A stretch of 64,000 bases of DNA from Octopus vulgaris (taxonomy: Eukaryota). Positions 52,472-64,000 of this stretch are shown here, piece by piece; within the stretch, counting starts at the first letter, position 1; each line of letters opens with the position of its first letter. A model generated the notes under the pieces. It ran no database searches and was not told the origin of the DNA. It worked only from the letters and a program-made list of their open reading frames with translations. Made by a program: the position numbers and the translations under genes. The stretch is taken from NCBI GenBank assembly GCA_951406725.2, contig OX597833.1, forward strand, positions 20,894,001 through 20,958,000. Direction: 5' to 3'.

Positions 52472-53135
52472 GTTGGTATTAACTCTGAATATTACAGGAA
52501 TCTGTATATGTATAAGCTTTACACTTTTTCTAGTGTTTTTGCCCTAAAAAGGATATATTCACTTAGCTTTCCATGGTAACTTTGTCATAAAGCTGACATA
52601 TATAATTGGAAAAAAACATTTTCTGTTAGAAACGCCTCCGAAAGAGGGTGTTTCCAAAGAGGAAATCTGCCAGTTTTGTAAAAAAAATTCTTTTCTATTT
52701 AAAAAGAAATTAATGACAAAGAAAGTCCGTCATTTTTATTCACAGTGGAAGGAGATAAGAAACAGCAATTTTGTGAACAGTGTGATAGTCATGATAACAA
52801 AAGACTTTGACATGATTGCAACAACAGCTTCTATTGTTACGTTGACATTATTACAAGATAACAAAAGCAATACTGGCAACTGTAGTAGCAACAGTGACAA
52901 TAACAACAGCAACGATGATGATGAGGAAACTATAATGACAGGCATATCTTTTGCCACATCATGAACCAGTTAAAAATACACATGCTCAAAGGAAAGTCAG
53001 AAACAGCTAAAACTTAACAGGAGTGATAATGTATTGTCTGAGATGATGTCATTTTCTGTTGAAGAACATTTTCATTGAAGAATATTCTCTACAAGTGTAT
53101 AAGTCAGAGTGACAGAAAGTTCCAGCACACGGAAA

Positions 53136-53552
53136 GGCGGCAACCTGGCAGAATTGTTAGCACGCCAGGCAAAATACTTAGCGGTATTTCATCTGCCGCT
53201 GCGTTTTGAGTTCAAATTCCGCTGAGGTCGACTTTGCCTTTCATCCTTTCGGGGTCTATTAAATAAGTACCAGTTACGCACTGGAGTCTATATAATCGAC
53301 TTAATCCATTTGTCTGTTCTTGTTTGTTCTCTCTGTGTTTAGCCCCTTGTAGGTAGTAAAGAAATAAGTATTTCATCTACCATTATGTTCTGAGCTCAAA
53401 TTCCGCCGTGGTTGACTTTGCCTTTCATCCTTTCAGGGTTGATAAATATAAACCAGTTACGCACTGGGGTTGATGTAATCGACTTAATCCTTTTGTCTGT
53501 CCTTGTTTCTCCCCTCTATGTTTAGCCCCTTGTGGGCAATAAAGAAATAAGA
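53136..53552 (+). mobile_element. SINE family B, tandem dimer
   Basis: The body is repeated twice head-to-tail; the second unit lacks the head. Flanked by agaaagttccag direct repeats. Confidence 0.82.
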
Positions 53553-54402
53553 AAGTTCCAGTACACATCTCTTACTGAGATCGAGAAATGTCCCAAAGAA
53601 GTTTGATCTTCTTTATTGCTAATCATCGTCCTGTTTTCTATGTTTGCTTACATTGGTTGGACAGAGTATAGCAAGGCTGATTTTCTATGGTCAGATGCCC
53701 TTCCTGTTACCAACTCTAACCCGTTTCCAACTAAGGTGATATTTCCCCATGGCCAGACATGTTTTTGCAGAGTATTGGAAACAAATGACATTGCATCATC
53801 AGGTTAAATAATACCATGTAATGCCAGCCACCTCAGTCTTCCTTGTTCTCCCCTTATATATTTAATGTACTTTAAGTCTGTCCAGTTCTTCATCTTATCC
53901 ATCCGTCTAATTCTTGATCTTCCTCTTCTTCATTTCCTATTCAGTTTTCTTTCTAATAATTGACCGAAGGTGTGTGACTTAGTGGTCAGGGCAATTGGCT
54001 CATGGTTGTAAGTTTGATTCCTAATAAGGAGTGGTTGGAGATCATGCAGTCATTAGCCTCAACTCGCTAGGCCTGGTTGGCATTTGTGGGAGATGCAGTA
54101 TTGAGGATGAATGAAGCCAGCTCAACCCACCCCGGGTGAGTGCTGTCTCAAGTCAGGTCAAGTGTTTGATTCCTGGCAGCAAAAATGAGTTGTATTTGTA
54201 ATTCAAAGGGCCAGCCTTGTTACATTCCATGTTACGCCGAATCTCCCTGAGAAATACATTAAGGGGACACCTGTCTGTGGATTTAATTTCATAAGCAGGC
54301 TGTTCCGTTGATTGGATCAAATAAAACCTTCACTGTCATAAGTGACAGAGTGACAGTTAACTGACTCTAAAGTCCATCGTTTGATTTTTCCTTTCCTAAT
54401 TA

Positions 54403-54950
54403 TGTACAATGTCTGATTAAAAAGTATGGGGGCTGTTGCCATGGTAATGGAGCTAATATATGCAGAGTGGAGCTGCTTGGCATGAATTGATCTTGAACTC
54501 AGCTGTGTATGCACACTAATTTGTAATATTCTCGCATGATTCCATTGTTTATAGCATTGCTTGGAAGTAAAGTGTGTAGCGTGTGGTCATCTTGAAAAGA
54601 AGCTGCACAGGGGATATCCTTGATTGTGTCAACGAATGAGAAAACCTTTAGAAAACGGTCATGAGAGGTGATGAATTTTGGGTCTATGGGTATGGCCCTG
54701 AAATCAAGGATCAATGACCCGCCAACAAGATTCTAAGATGTTGAGGAAATGGAGGAGAATGTGATGAGACAGCTGCTCACTATCCTAAAAATGGAATTTC
54801 AGGAATGGTTTCATCAAAGGAAATGGAGCTGGATGAAGTGTGTGACTTCAAAATAGGATTACTTCGAAGGAGATTAAATGCTAAATTGACATGTGTTGTA
54901 GCTTTCTTTTTATAGTACCAGATCTGATATTTTTTGATAGGATCTCATAT
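54403..54950 (+). mobile_element. Deleted mariner remnant
   Basis: VMRGDEFWVYGYGPEIKDQ (TGDESWVYxYDPE-like) and C-terminal WMKCV...DYFEGD*. Confidence 0.75.
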
Positions 54951-54985
54951 CTAAAATGTTAGAAAATAATATAAAAGACACTCAC

Positions 54986-55094
54986 TCTCTTTTGGTTTAG
55001 CAATCAACGCTTCAAACGCTCTAGCTGAAGTGATCATCATTGGTTTCTGTGACATTATCATCTGTTGGTCAATGGTATTATAGAAGTGAGCAAC
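54986..55094 (-). CDS. DYNC2H1: DYNC2H1 exon (VAHFYNTIDQQMIMSQKPMMITSARAFEALIAKPKE)
   Basis: cag/gtgagt junctions, 109 nt (phase 0 to 1). Resembles human VAHFYNSIDQQMIQSQRPMMLQSALAFE. Not in the ORF track. Confidence 0.95.
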
Positions 55095-57326
55095 CTGTTG
55101 AGAACAAGATAAAGAAATAAACAACTATAGAATTAAAAGAGATGTAGAATGATGACAATCCTACATACACATAAACACATGCATCATCATCATCATCATC
55201 ATCAACATCACTGTTGTCACCATTCTCTTAATTTCAGATTCTCCAGTAAAATGAAATGCTTGTTTATTTACAATGTTTTGACTTAATCATGCTTTATCTT
55301 GTAGCTTTCAGATTTCGATGATGACACTGTAGGGTAAGTGTTAGAGGCTGAATCAAGTCATCATCATCATAATCATTGTTTAATGTCCGTTTTCCATGCT
55401 GGCATGGGTTGGACGGTTCGACAGGGGTCTGGGAAGCCAGGAGGCTGCTCCAGGCTCCAGTCTAATCTGGCAGAGTTTCTACAGCTGGAGGCCCTTCCTA
55501 ACGCCAACCACTCCATGAGTGTAGTGGGTGCTTTTTATGTGCCACCAGCACAGGTGCCAGGGCAGGCTGGTTAACAGCCATGATCAGTTGGTGCTTTTTT
55601 ACAAGGGGTCTCCTCAAGCACAGTGGGTCACTCTACGATCCAAGGTTAGCATAGCAGACCGTCCTGCAAGCCATGGACTGTGTGAGAATAAAACAGGTAG
55701 AATATTTGGGCCAGATATGGCCAGTTTAAATGCTAAAGGGTTAACCCTTTTGTTACTGTATATATTTTGAATGCTCGGTGTTTCTTTAAATTACTTTAAA
55801 TATAACAAAGAATTTAGTAAAATAACTTAGTTATCATTCAGCTAGTGTTGGGAACATAAATTGTGACTAAGGTTTGGTGGAAGATTTTAATTCAAAACTT
55901 ATGAAAATAAGACATTTGTAATACAGAGTCAAAGGCGATTTCAGTCGGGTTGGTAACGAAAGGGTTATGTCCACTTTTCCATGCTTGCATGGCTCAGATG
56001 GAGTTTATTGAGGCAGATTTTCTATGCCCGGATGCTCTTCCAGTTGCCAACTCTCACCTGTTTCCAGGCAAGGTAATATTTCCTTGTGGACGGAAGACTG
56101 GAAATGAACAACATAGCTTGTATGATGGTGACACTCATTTATAAATCCCAGATGATGTTAAGACAATGATGAGAAAACACACAAATGCAAGCAGAGGGAT
56201 TCAAAGGAGATTTCTACAATCATTCTAGAATTCTATTTACTCAAATACTTCTAGAAACATTCATTCTCATACTTCTTTGTAGTCACTTGTACAGATGACC
56301 TCGGGTGCAGTTTTGATATGTGTGTTCATAAATTTTCTCTATAATGTTTGTAACCAAAAGGAATCCTAAAAAGGGAAAAATACCATCCTAAGTTTGGAAA
56401 ATAACAGTAATGAAATGGTATAGTTGTATAAATGGAGAAAACAGTTTTGAGACAATTAACAATTGAAAACGCTACCACTTATTCAATAGTTATTAGTGTT
56501 AACAGTCTAAAACATTACCACTTATTCATGAAGTTGAAAAGTTTAGAAATTTTGAAAACAAAATAAATCAAATTAAATTTTATATATGCATAAACACGTG
56601 TTGAATTGTCATGTGCGGAATTATCGGTTCACACTGTGTGTGTGTGTTCATGTGTGTGTATGAATGCGTGCATGCTTGATTGTATGTGTGTGATGTGTCT
56701 ATGTGCTCGTGTGTGAGTGTGTATGCCTACACGATCACACATGCACACAGGGAACAAAGGAAAGGGGGGGAAGAGTTAGGGTCAGTGGTCAGTGAGAAAG
56801 GAATGGACAGAATTGTGAAAGGGATGAAGTGTGTTGAGTAGTGGGGACAAGGTCCAGAGCTATCTCACGTTACAAGGACACATACGGACGGAAGGTGTAA
56901 GAGGAAGGAACACAAAACAGGTGGCAAGGATCCAGAATGAGTCACTGAAGGAAATAAAAGTGTGTGTTGGGGACACGTAATGTAATTGATAAGATTTTTC
57001 ATTCTGCAATACATATTTCATTTACTATTCTTATTTATTTTTAATTTTTAAGTAAACAAGCTCTGAATTAAAGTGAAAAATTAACAGGCAAATTCAAAGC
57101 AATTTAACAGAAAAGAAGTTGGATTATCTAAATAAATTTGAAGTAGAAATAAACAACTTTTATGAACAAGCGAAAATTCATAAATCTAAAGAAATCTATG
57201 ATAACTTAAAAGACTTCCAACATCATATTTAAATATTCCCAAACAGATTTAAAATTAGGGTTAGAGTTAAGGAATTAAACTAATGAATGTTTAAAATTTA
57301 AAAAAAAAACGAAAAAACTAACTATA

Positions 57327-57727
57327 GGCGCAGGAGTGGCTGTGTGGTAAGTAGCTTGTTTACCAACCACATGGTTCCAGGTTCAGTCCCACTGCATGGC
57401 ATCTTGGGCAAGTGTCTTCTGCTATACCCTCAGGCCGACCAAAGCCTTGTGAGTGGATTTGGTAGACGGAAACTGAAAGAAGCCTGTCGTATATATGTAT
57501 GTGTGTGTATATGTTTGTGTGTCTGTGTTTGTCCCCCCAACATTGCTTGACAACCGATGCTGGTGTGTTTATGTCCCCGTCACTTAGCGGTTCGGCAAAA
57601 CAGACCAATAGAATAAGTACTGGGCTTACAAAGAATAAGTCCCGGGGTCGATTTGCTCGACTAAAAAAAGGTGGTGCTCCAGCATGGCCACAGTCAAATG
57701 ACTGAAAAGAGTAAAGAGTAAAGAGTT
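57327..57727 (+). mobile_element. SINE family A flanked by an approximately 58-bp direct repeat
   Basis: Full-length copy. Flanks 57263-57322 and 57722-57779 are duplicated. Confidence 0.88.
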
Positions 57728-57840
57728 AGGGAATTGAACTAATGAATGTTTAAAAGTAAAAAAAACAAAAAAAACTAACAAGCAAAACCCTGAGAGGAGT
57801 GGAACGAGTTGAAATTTTATTTTTAATGACACACACTTAC

Positions 57841-58030
57841 TTGCTCCAAAACGATTCCATGCCTGTAGAATTTCTTAGCAGTTTTTGCTGTTTCTTGAAT
57901 ATTTCTTGGGATTGTAAACCCGAGTGCTGAGAGCATTCGAACTTCTCGCAGAAGAGTGACCAGCCTCTCGTCGTAGTTCACTTTCAGCTTGTCACTTTTC
58001 AGTTCCATGATACAGCTGTTTATAGAAAGG
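57841..58030 (-). CDS. DYNC2H1: DYNC2H1 exon (LSINSCIMEL...VNYDERLVTLLREVRMLSALGFTIP...GIVLEQ)
   Basis: cag/gtaagt junctions, 190 nt (phase 2 to 0). Strong match to the dynein tail motif RLVxLLREVRQLSALGFxIP. Confidence 0.96.
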
Positions 58031-58217
58031 CTGAAACATAAGAGACAGAAATACATCATCATCATCATCATCATCAACATTATCCCCACCATCATTATCA
58101 CCACTACCACCACAACTCCAAGCATCCCCATTCTCCCCCCCACACAACCATTGCTCTCATTATCCATCACCACTACCACTGCCATCATCATCATCATCAT
58201 CATCATCACAATCATTA

Positions 58218-58590
58218 TATCAGGTCATTAAGAATGAAATGTCCGATTTTCTTATGCACCAAGTTTGACAGTCGTTAACTTTAATGTTTTAACCGATTAT
58301 AGTGTGAGTTTTCTCTTACAAATCAACTTTTGTGAACCCATAGATAGATAAAAAATTCATGTTATTAATGAATATGAGTTCTGTCTTGGAAGCAATGCAT
58401 CCCAGACAGCTCCAAACATCAACGAGGTGTTTAGTGAAGATGTGACGAATGAGCGCACTGTACATTGATGGTTTGAGAAGTTCCGGTCTGGTGTCTTTAC
58501 TTTTGAAAATCAGTCCTGTGGTAGACCTGAGACCAAGGTGGATAATGATGAGCTGGAAACTGTAGTGGAAGCGGATACATCTCAAACTAT
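58218..58590 (+). mobile_element. Mariner 5' fragment (HTH region)
   Basis: YEFCLGSNASQTAPNINEVF...WFEKFRSG...GRPETKVDNDEL. Confidence 0.8.
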
Positions 58591-58788
58591 TTTCTCTCCC
58601 TTGATGAAGGGTCCTGTTAAAACTGTAATTTCATTTAATCCCACAAAAAAAGAGCACCAACATATTCATATCCTACTTCCGTTTTTAGCACATTAAATGA
58701 CCCCTTCTGCACCCTACAAAATATTACAGGCTTTTTTAGTTAGAACTCATATATAACTTAATGAATAACACAATCAATAGAGAAATAC

Positions 58789-58964
58789 CTGAGGGGTTGA
58801 CTACGGCTGTTGATCATATCTGACATTTGGCTAGACCAATCTTCAAAATGATCCTTGCGCCAGGACTTCAAATCATTCAGTGTTTCATTAGCATTTCTCT
58901 TGAAGGCTTCATAATTGCTCAAGTCATTTAACACAGCATTAGTCATGTTTATGCTATCTTCCAC
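58789..58964 (-). CDS. DYNC2H1: DYNC2H1 exon (VEDSINMTNAVLNDLSNY...HFEDWSSQMSDMINSRSQPL)
   Basis: tag/gtatt junctions, 176 nt (phase 0 to 2). Resembles human VDDTIKIAEALLSDL...QFDDWS. Confidence 0.92.
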
Positions 58965-59139
58965 CTAAATAAGATAGAGAGAGACAGACAGAGACATAGC
59001 ACATTAAAGATATTGTTGACATTATATAAGATTTATATAGTATCTAAATAATAGAATTAATAGATTGTTGAATAAAATGTCTTATGGTATTTAGTTACGT
59101 GCTTTTCCATTCTGAGCTCAAACCTTGCCCAGTTCAACT

Positions 59140-59570
59140 TAGCAAGGAAGTTTTGAAGGATGCAGTGCTCCGACAACTAACAACTGATGCTGGCAGTTTG
59201 TTCCATACTTCAGCAACTCTTAGCATGAAAAAATGTTTCTGAAAGTCATGGGAGCTTTAATGTTTCCTGACTTTGTAAACATGTCCACGGGTGTTAGATA
59301 GATGAAAAAGGTGCTCAGAGTTATTGTTTGTAAGATGGTTAATAATTTTATGGGTGTCTGCCAAGTCAGCTGCCAGATGTCAGAGTTTCAATGTATCCAT
59401 GCCCAGGGAAGTAAGGCATTCAGAATATGGCAAATGCCTGATGGAGGGTATTCTCTTGGTTGCACGTCGCTGAACGGTTTCCAGACGATTAATATCCTGG
59501 GCAAGATAGGGGTTCTAGACCAGTGATGCAAATTCCAGGTGAGGCCACACCATAACTATATAAAGTTTCT
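59140..59570 (-). mobile_element. CR1-type LINE ORF2 C-terminal fragment
   Basis: Degenerate VWPHLEFA..NPYLAQDINRLETVQRRATKRIP...TRGHVYKV...FFMLRVAEVWNKLPASVV. Confidence 0.88.
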
Positions 59571-59938
59571 CAGAAAGATTCAGCCTGATATAAGATGTAA
59601 CAAGGCTGGTCCCTTTGAAAAACAGGTACTACTCACTTTTGCCAGCTGAGTGGACTGGAACAACGTAAAATAAAGTGTCTTGCTCAAGGACACTGTGTGT
59701 CACCAGGAGCTGAACTCATGACCTTACAATCGTAAGCTAAATACCCTAACTACTAAGCCGCATACCTTCATAGAGATATTTTACCCTAAACAGAAACAGC
59801 TGGAGCTACTCAGAGGTATTGCAAACTCCTCTTCTGAATCCATTACAATTTCAGAAAGCATTTTGATTCATTGGCCAGTATCTCAGGACCACAAGCGTTT
59901 TACTCTTAAACCTGTACACTTCACCCAAATGGTACATT

Positions 59939-60220
59939 GTGGAGGCACATGACCTAGTGGTTAGAGCAGCGGACTCGCGGTCAAGGGATTGCAGGATGTG
60001 TGTGTTTATGAGTGAAACACCTAAGCTCCACGCAGCTCCGGCAGAAGGTAATGTCGAACTTCTGCTGACTCTTTTGCCACAACTTTCACTCTTTCCTCCT
60101 ACATCTTGCAGCACACCTGCGACAGACCGGCGTCTCGTTCAGGTGGGGAACCTATACGCCAAGAAACCGGGAAACCGGCCTTTATGAGCCAGGCATGGCT
60201 CGAGAAGGAACAAACCAATG
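59939..60220 (+). mobile_element. SINE family C with 13-bp TSD (aaatggYacattg)
   Basis: Direct repeat at about 59927-59939 and 60221-60233. Confidence 0.82.
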
Positions 60221-60634
60221 AAATGGCACATTGAGGACTGAATTAGTCTTCACCTGTGGAAGTGTTCCACCTGAAGTTTCTTGTCAACCACAGCCATTTT
60301 GAACCGATTTCAGCTTCAATGCTGAAATCTCTTTGATAGCTTTCTTCAGTTGTCTGGGTTTTCCAGACCCATCCTCTGCAGGAAACAGAAAACAGCACAC
60401 CAGATTAGCTGGCAAACCACAACAGGAAACTTCAATAGGGCATGAAGATTTGTTCAGCTAAAACCATTCAAAGTAGTGCTCCAGCATGGCAACAGCCCAA
60501 TGACTGGAACAAGCAAAGGATATATAAAATAAAGACTTAGACAGCAACATCAAAAACCTGCCTAAATGACTAAAACTTCAACAAATCCCTAACACAAATG
60601 CAAAAAATAAAAAATAAAAACATACAGAAGGTGC

Positions 60635-61046
60635 CAGTGTGACTGTGTGGTAAGAAGCCTGCTTCCCAACCATATGGTTCTTGGTTCAGTCCCACTGTGT
60701 AGCACCTTCGGTAAGTGTCTTCTACTGTAGCTTTGGGCTGACCAAAGCTTTGTGAGTAAATTTAGTAGATGGAAACTGAAAGAAGCCCAATGTATGTGTG
60801 TATGTGTGTGTGTGTGTGTGTTTGTATGTGTGTGTGTCTTTGTGTCTGTGTTTCTCTCCCATTACTGCTTGACAAATGTTTGGTGTATTATGTCCCATAA
60901 CTTAGCAGTTCGGCAAAAACGACTGATAGAATAAGTACTAGGCTAAAGAAAAAAACAAATCTTGGGGGCCGATTTGTTCGACTAAAACCCTTTAAGGTGG
61001 TACCCCAGCATGGCCACAATCAAATGACTGAAACAAGTAAAAGAGT
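60635..61046 (+). mobile_element. SINE family A (diverged)
   Basis: Head, internal (TG)n and tail all recognisable. Confidence 0.82.
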
Positions 61047-61105
61047 TAAAAAAAGAAACAAGAAACCCATGATGGGAAGCGTAAAAGAAAGAAGACCCAA
61101 CTTAC

Positions 61106-61262
61106 CCTTGCCTCAAGCTGTCGTACATATATTATGACATTCACGATGTTTGGTAGGTTCTTACCCCTGGGAACATTTGGTTTGTCAACAGTATTAGTGC
61201 GAGCACTAAAATCTTCATTGATTTGCTTGATGCTACGAGTTAACTGTGCAAGGAGAGTTTCT
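61106..61262 (-). CDS. DYNC2H1: Cytoplasmic dynein 2 heavy chain 1, first exon in window (ETLLAQLTRSIKQINEDF...VIIYVRQLEAR)
   Basis: ttttcag acceptor, gtaag donor, 157 nt (phase 2 to 0). Peptide resembles human RETLLARL...GKNLSEVVNSIVWVRQLE (recalled). Confidence 0.93.
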
Positions 61263-61674
61263 CTGAAAATAAACATAGACTTAATTAGCCCTTTTGCATT
61301 CAAATTATTTTGTCAAATACCCTGCTTATTTATTCTTTTGTACCTTGGATCATAGGACAGCCTGCTGTGCTTAGCTTGGACTGTAGGGCAACCAGCTGTG
61401 CTTGAGGAGACCTATTGAGTCAAGTACATCAACATCAAAATAAAAATCAAATGGAAATTGTAGTTGTGGTACCCGTGTCAGTGGCACGTAAAAAGCACAA
61501 TCCGAATGTGGCTGATGCCAGCGCTGCCTTCACTGGTTTCTGTGCTGGTGGCACATAAAAAGCACTAACTGATTGTGGCCATTGCCAGCTTCCTCTGGCC
61601 CCTGTGCCAGTGGTATGTAAAAAGCACCCACTACACTCATGGAGTGGTTGGCATTAGGAAGGGCATCCAGTCAC

Positions 61675-62706
61675 CAAAAGTTTCTCTGACCCAGGGTAAC
61701 ATTTTCTTATCCATCATTTCCACATAAATTTCACTGTTAACTTTGACACCAGCATCAATGAAGATTAACCCTTTCATTACCGTATTCATTTTGAGATGCT
61801 CTGCGTTTCTTTCAGTTACTTTAAATATAACAAAGAATTTAGTAAAATAACTTAGTTATCATTCAGCTAGTGTTAGGGACATAAATTGTGACTAAGGGTT
61901 GTGGAAGATTTTTAATTCAAAACTTATCAAAATAAAACATTTGTACTATAGAGCCAGGGCCTGTTTCAGCCAGGTTAGTAACGAAAGGGTTAAGGGAGAC
62001 TTGGACCCATCAGATGAAACTACAGTCCACACCATGAGTAAAACTGGCATAAATGACCCCTGCTATTTTCAGGCAAGTTTCCTGCATTACATGCACAAAG
62101 CCTGTCATTCTGCCTGTTGGTAACTGCCTCCACAATGAAAATCTTCTTGTCGAACCAGATCAACACTTTGTTACTGGTGCACTTCATCTCAGCTAACATG
62201 GTTTTATCCCTGTCGAGCTGCTTCTTCTTGGAAGCTGCTGAAATTAACCTCTTGCATGAAGTTAGCTTTAAACCCTCTTTAAAAATCCTGTGCATTGATG
62301 ATTTTGAAATATCAAGTGTTTTTGCAGTTTTTCTTGCACTTCTGTGGGGGATTTTGGTTCATTCACTTCTTCACAGCTTCAACAGTTTGTTTGGTACCAA
62401 TTGATCATTTCCTGCCAGGAATTGAATTGCTAGTGATAGTAGCAGACTCCATATATCCTTTCCAGATACTGAACACTATTTTACAGCACATATTCAACTA
62501 TTTTGTGATGTCCTTGTTGCTCACTCAAGCTTTTTTTCAAGGTGACAATCTGGTCATGTTTTGCTTTCTACAGATGTTTCAATGAAACAATAGACGCATG
62601 AATAAAAGACATATGCAAATCTTTATGTAAATGTAGATAATAATACCTGAACCGATATCCTTTAGGAAGAGTTTTAAACATGGGTAAATCTTTCTGGTAC
62701 ACCCTG
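61675..62706 (-). mobile_element. Second DD37D/maT-like transposon (5' part), interrupted by a TTAA MITE
   Basis: End CAGGGTGTACC after TA. Fragments WFDKKIFIVEAVTNRQNDRL and SPLIFIDAGVKVNSEIY..MLPW are joined across the insertion. Confidence 0.8.
61769..61989. mobile_element. TTAA-flanked MITE (piggyBac/Kolobok-like), family 1
   Basis: TTAA|CCCTTTCATTAC...GTAACGAAAGGG|TTAA. The host transposase frame is restored on removal. Copies at 55745-55964 and about 40502-40726. Confidence 0.85.
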
Positions 62707-62708
62707 TA

Positions 62709-63080
62709 TAAAGTCATAAATGACAGAAATACTTTGGTGAAATTTTATTTAACAATGACAGAATTCTAATATCACGACAAATTGTTTTGTAACTTAAAAA
62801 CATGTCAATAGATTATATTATTATATTTAATAATAAATAAATTACATGTCTGCATTAATGCAAAATGCAAAAAATCCTTCAAAATAATGCAGAATTTGAG
62901 CTACATCCACAGGTACAGACATGTAAGTAATTTATATATTATTAGACATAATGACATAAATTATTTACTTGTTTTTAAGCTACGAAACGATTTTCATATT
63001 TTTAGAATTTCGTGATATTAGAATTTTCTTATTGTTAAATAAAATTTCACCAAACTATTTCTCTGTCATTTATGACTTTT
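62709..63080. mobile_element. AT-rich foldback MITE with long TIRs
   Basis: AAAGTCATAAATGACAGA...TCTGTCATTTATGACTTT with over 100 bp imperfect inverted arms. Deleted copy at about 23487-23680. Confidence 0.75.
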
Positions 63081-63099
63081 ATATATATATATATATATA

Positions 63100-63278
63100 G
63101 ACGCAGGAGTGGCTGTGTGGTAAGTAGCTTGCTTACTAACCACACGGTTCCGGGTTCATTCCCACTGCGTGGCACCTTGGACAAGTGTCTTCTACTATAG
63201 CCTTGGGCCGACCAAAGTCTCGTGAGTGGATTTGGTAGACGGAAACTGAAAGAAGCCCGTCGTATGTATGTATGTATG

Positions 63279-63315
<37 letters not shown>

Positions 63316-63476
63316 ACATGTTTATGTGTCTGTGTTTGTCCCCCCAACATCGCTTGACAACCGATGGTAGTGTGTTTACAGTTAGAATAAGTACTAGGCT
63401 TACAAAGAATAAGTCCTGAGGTTAATTTGCTCCAGCATGGCCACAGTCAAATGACTGAAACAAGTAAAAGAGTAAA

Positions 63477-63480
<4 letters not shown>
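63100..63480 (+). mobile_element. SINE family A (internal deletions)
   Basis: Head, body and tail match other copies. Confidence 0.85.
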
Positions 63481-63551
<71 letters not shown>

Positions 63552-64000
63552 CGTGTGTGTGTGTGTGTGTGCATGTGTGTATGTATGTGTATATGTATGT
63601 CATTCAGTTTTATTTCAAGTTTTCTTGCCAATAGAGAAAGAGCTGGTTTCTAACCTTGATCCAAGGCTGCTTTATTGCAATTTCTACATCAACAACAGGG
63701 TATTTTTGCATGTATGTATACGTGCAGATTTGTAATTTTATTTTTTTTATGCATGTCTTCCTTTTATCTGATGATATGTTGCAGTAGAGTCATGCAACTT
63801 CTTTGGGCATGCACTTACGGTTATCAAACAAGGAATGCTGCTCAAGGAGTAGCCTTCCAAGTTTTATGATGTTATCAGCCTCATGAATGCAAACTTGGTC
63901 AAGGGATGTACTTTGACACTTGTATGTAAGTGTGTATGAGTATGTGTGTGTGTGTGTGTGTTTGTCTTCCATCACCACTTGACAACCGGTGTTGGTGTGT

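Noticed and set aside
57327-57400. tRNA genes
   Set aside because: The tRNA-like segments are SINE heads continuing into SINE bodies; no complete cloverleaf or terminator.
60254-60376. Extra minus-strand exon (cag...gtgaag)
   Set aside because: The flanking dynein exons already join in phase and colinearly with the homolog; the peptide is not dynein-like.
63790-63978. Further upstream DYNC2H1 exon
   Set aside because: The translation shows no similarity to the expected preceding dynein sequence; the next exon is probably beyond the window.

Overview
AT-rich, microsatellite-dense eukaryotic genomic DNA. The SINE/RTE/mariner repertoire is typical of an octopus genome (inferred, not searched). 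The whole window lies inside one minus-strand gene, cytoplasmic dynein 2 heavy chain (DYNC2H1). I reconstructed 14 phase-consistent GT-AG exons (2,239 nt, 746 full codons) covering the late tail and start of the linker; the gene continues beyond both ends. Introns contain several tRNA-derived SINE families, RTE and CR1 LINE 3' ends, degenerate DD34D mariner and DD37D (maT) transposons, TA- and TTAA-flanked MITEs, and a deleted Helitron. The most notable unexplained structure is a set of small elements inserted in (TA)n tracts that are long foldbacks and/or carry type I hammerhead ribozyme cores. They include a near-intact hammerhead at 14116-14206 and a 353-bp monomer-plus-20-nt unit with a hammerhead at 11277-11649, resembling a non-LTR retrozyme or Penelope pLTR. 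A candidate 7-nt microexon and exon-like antisense segments are also noted.
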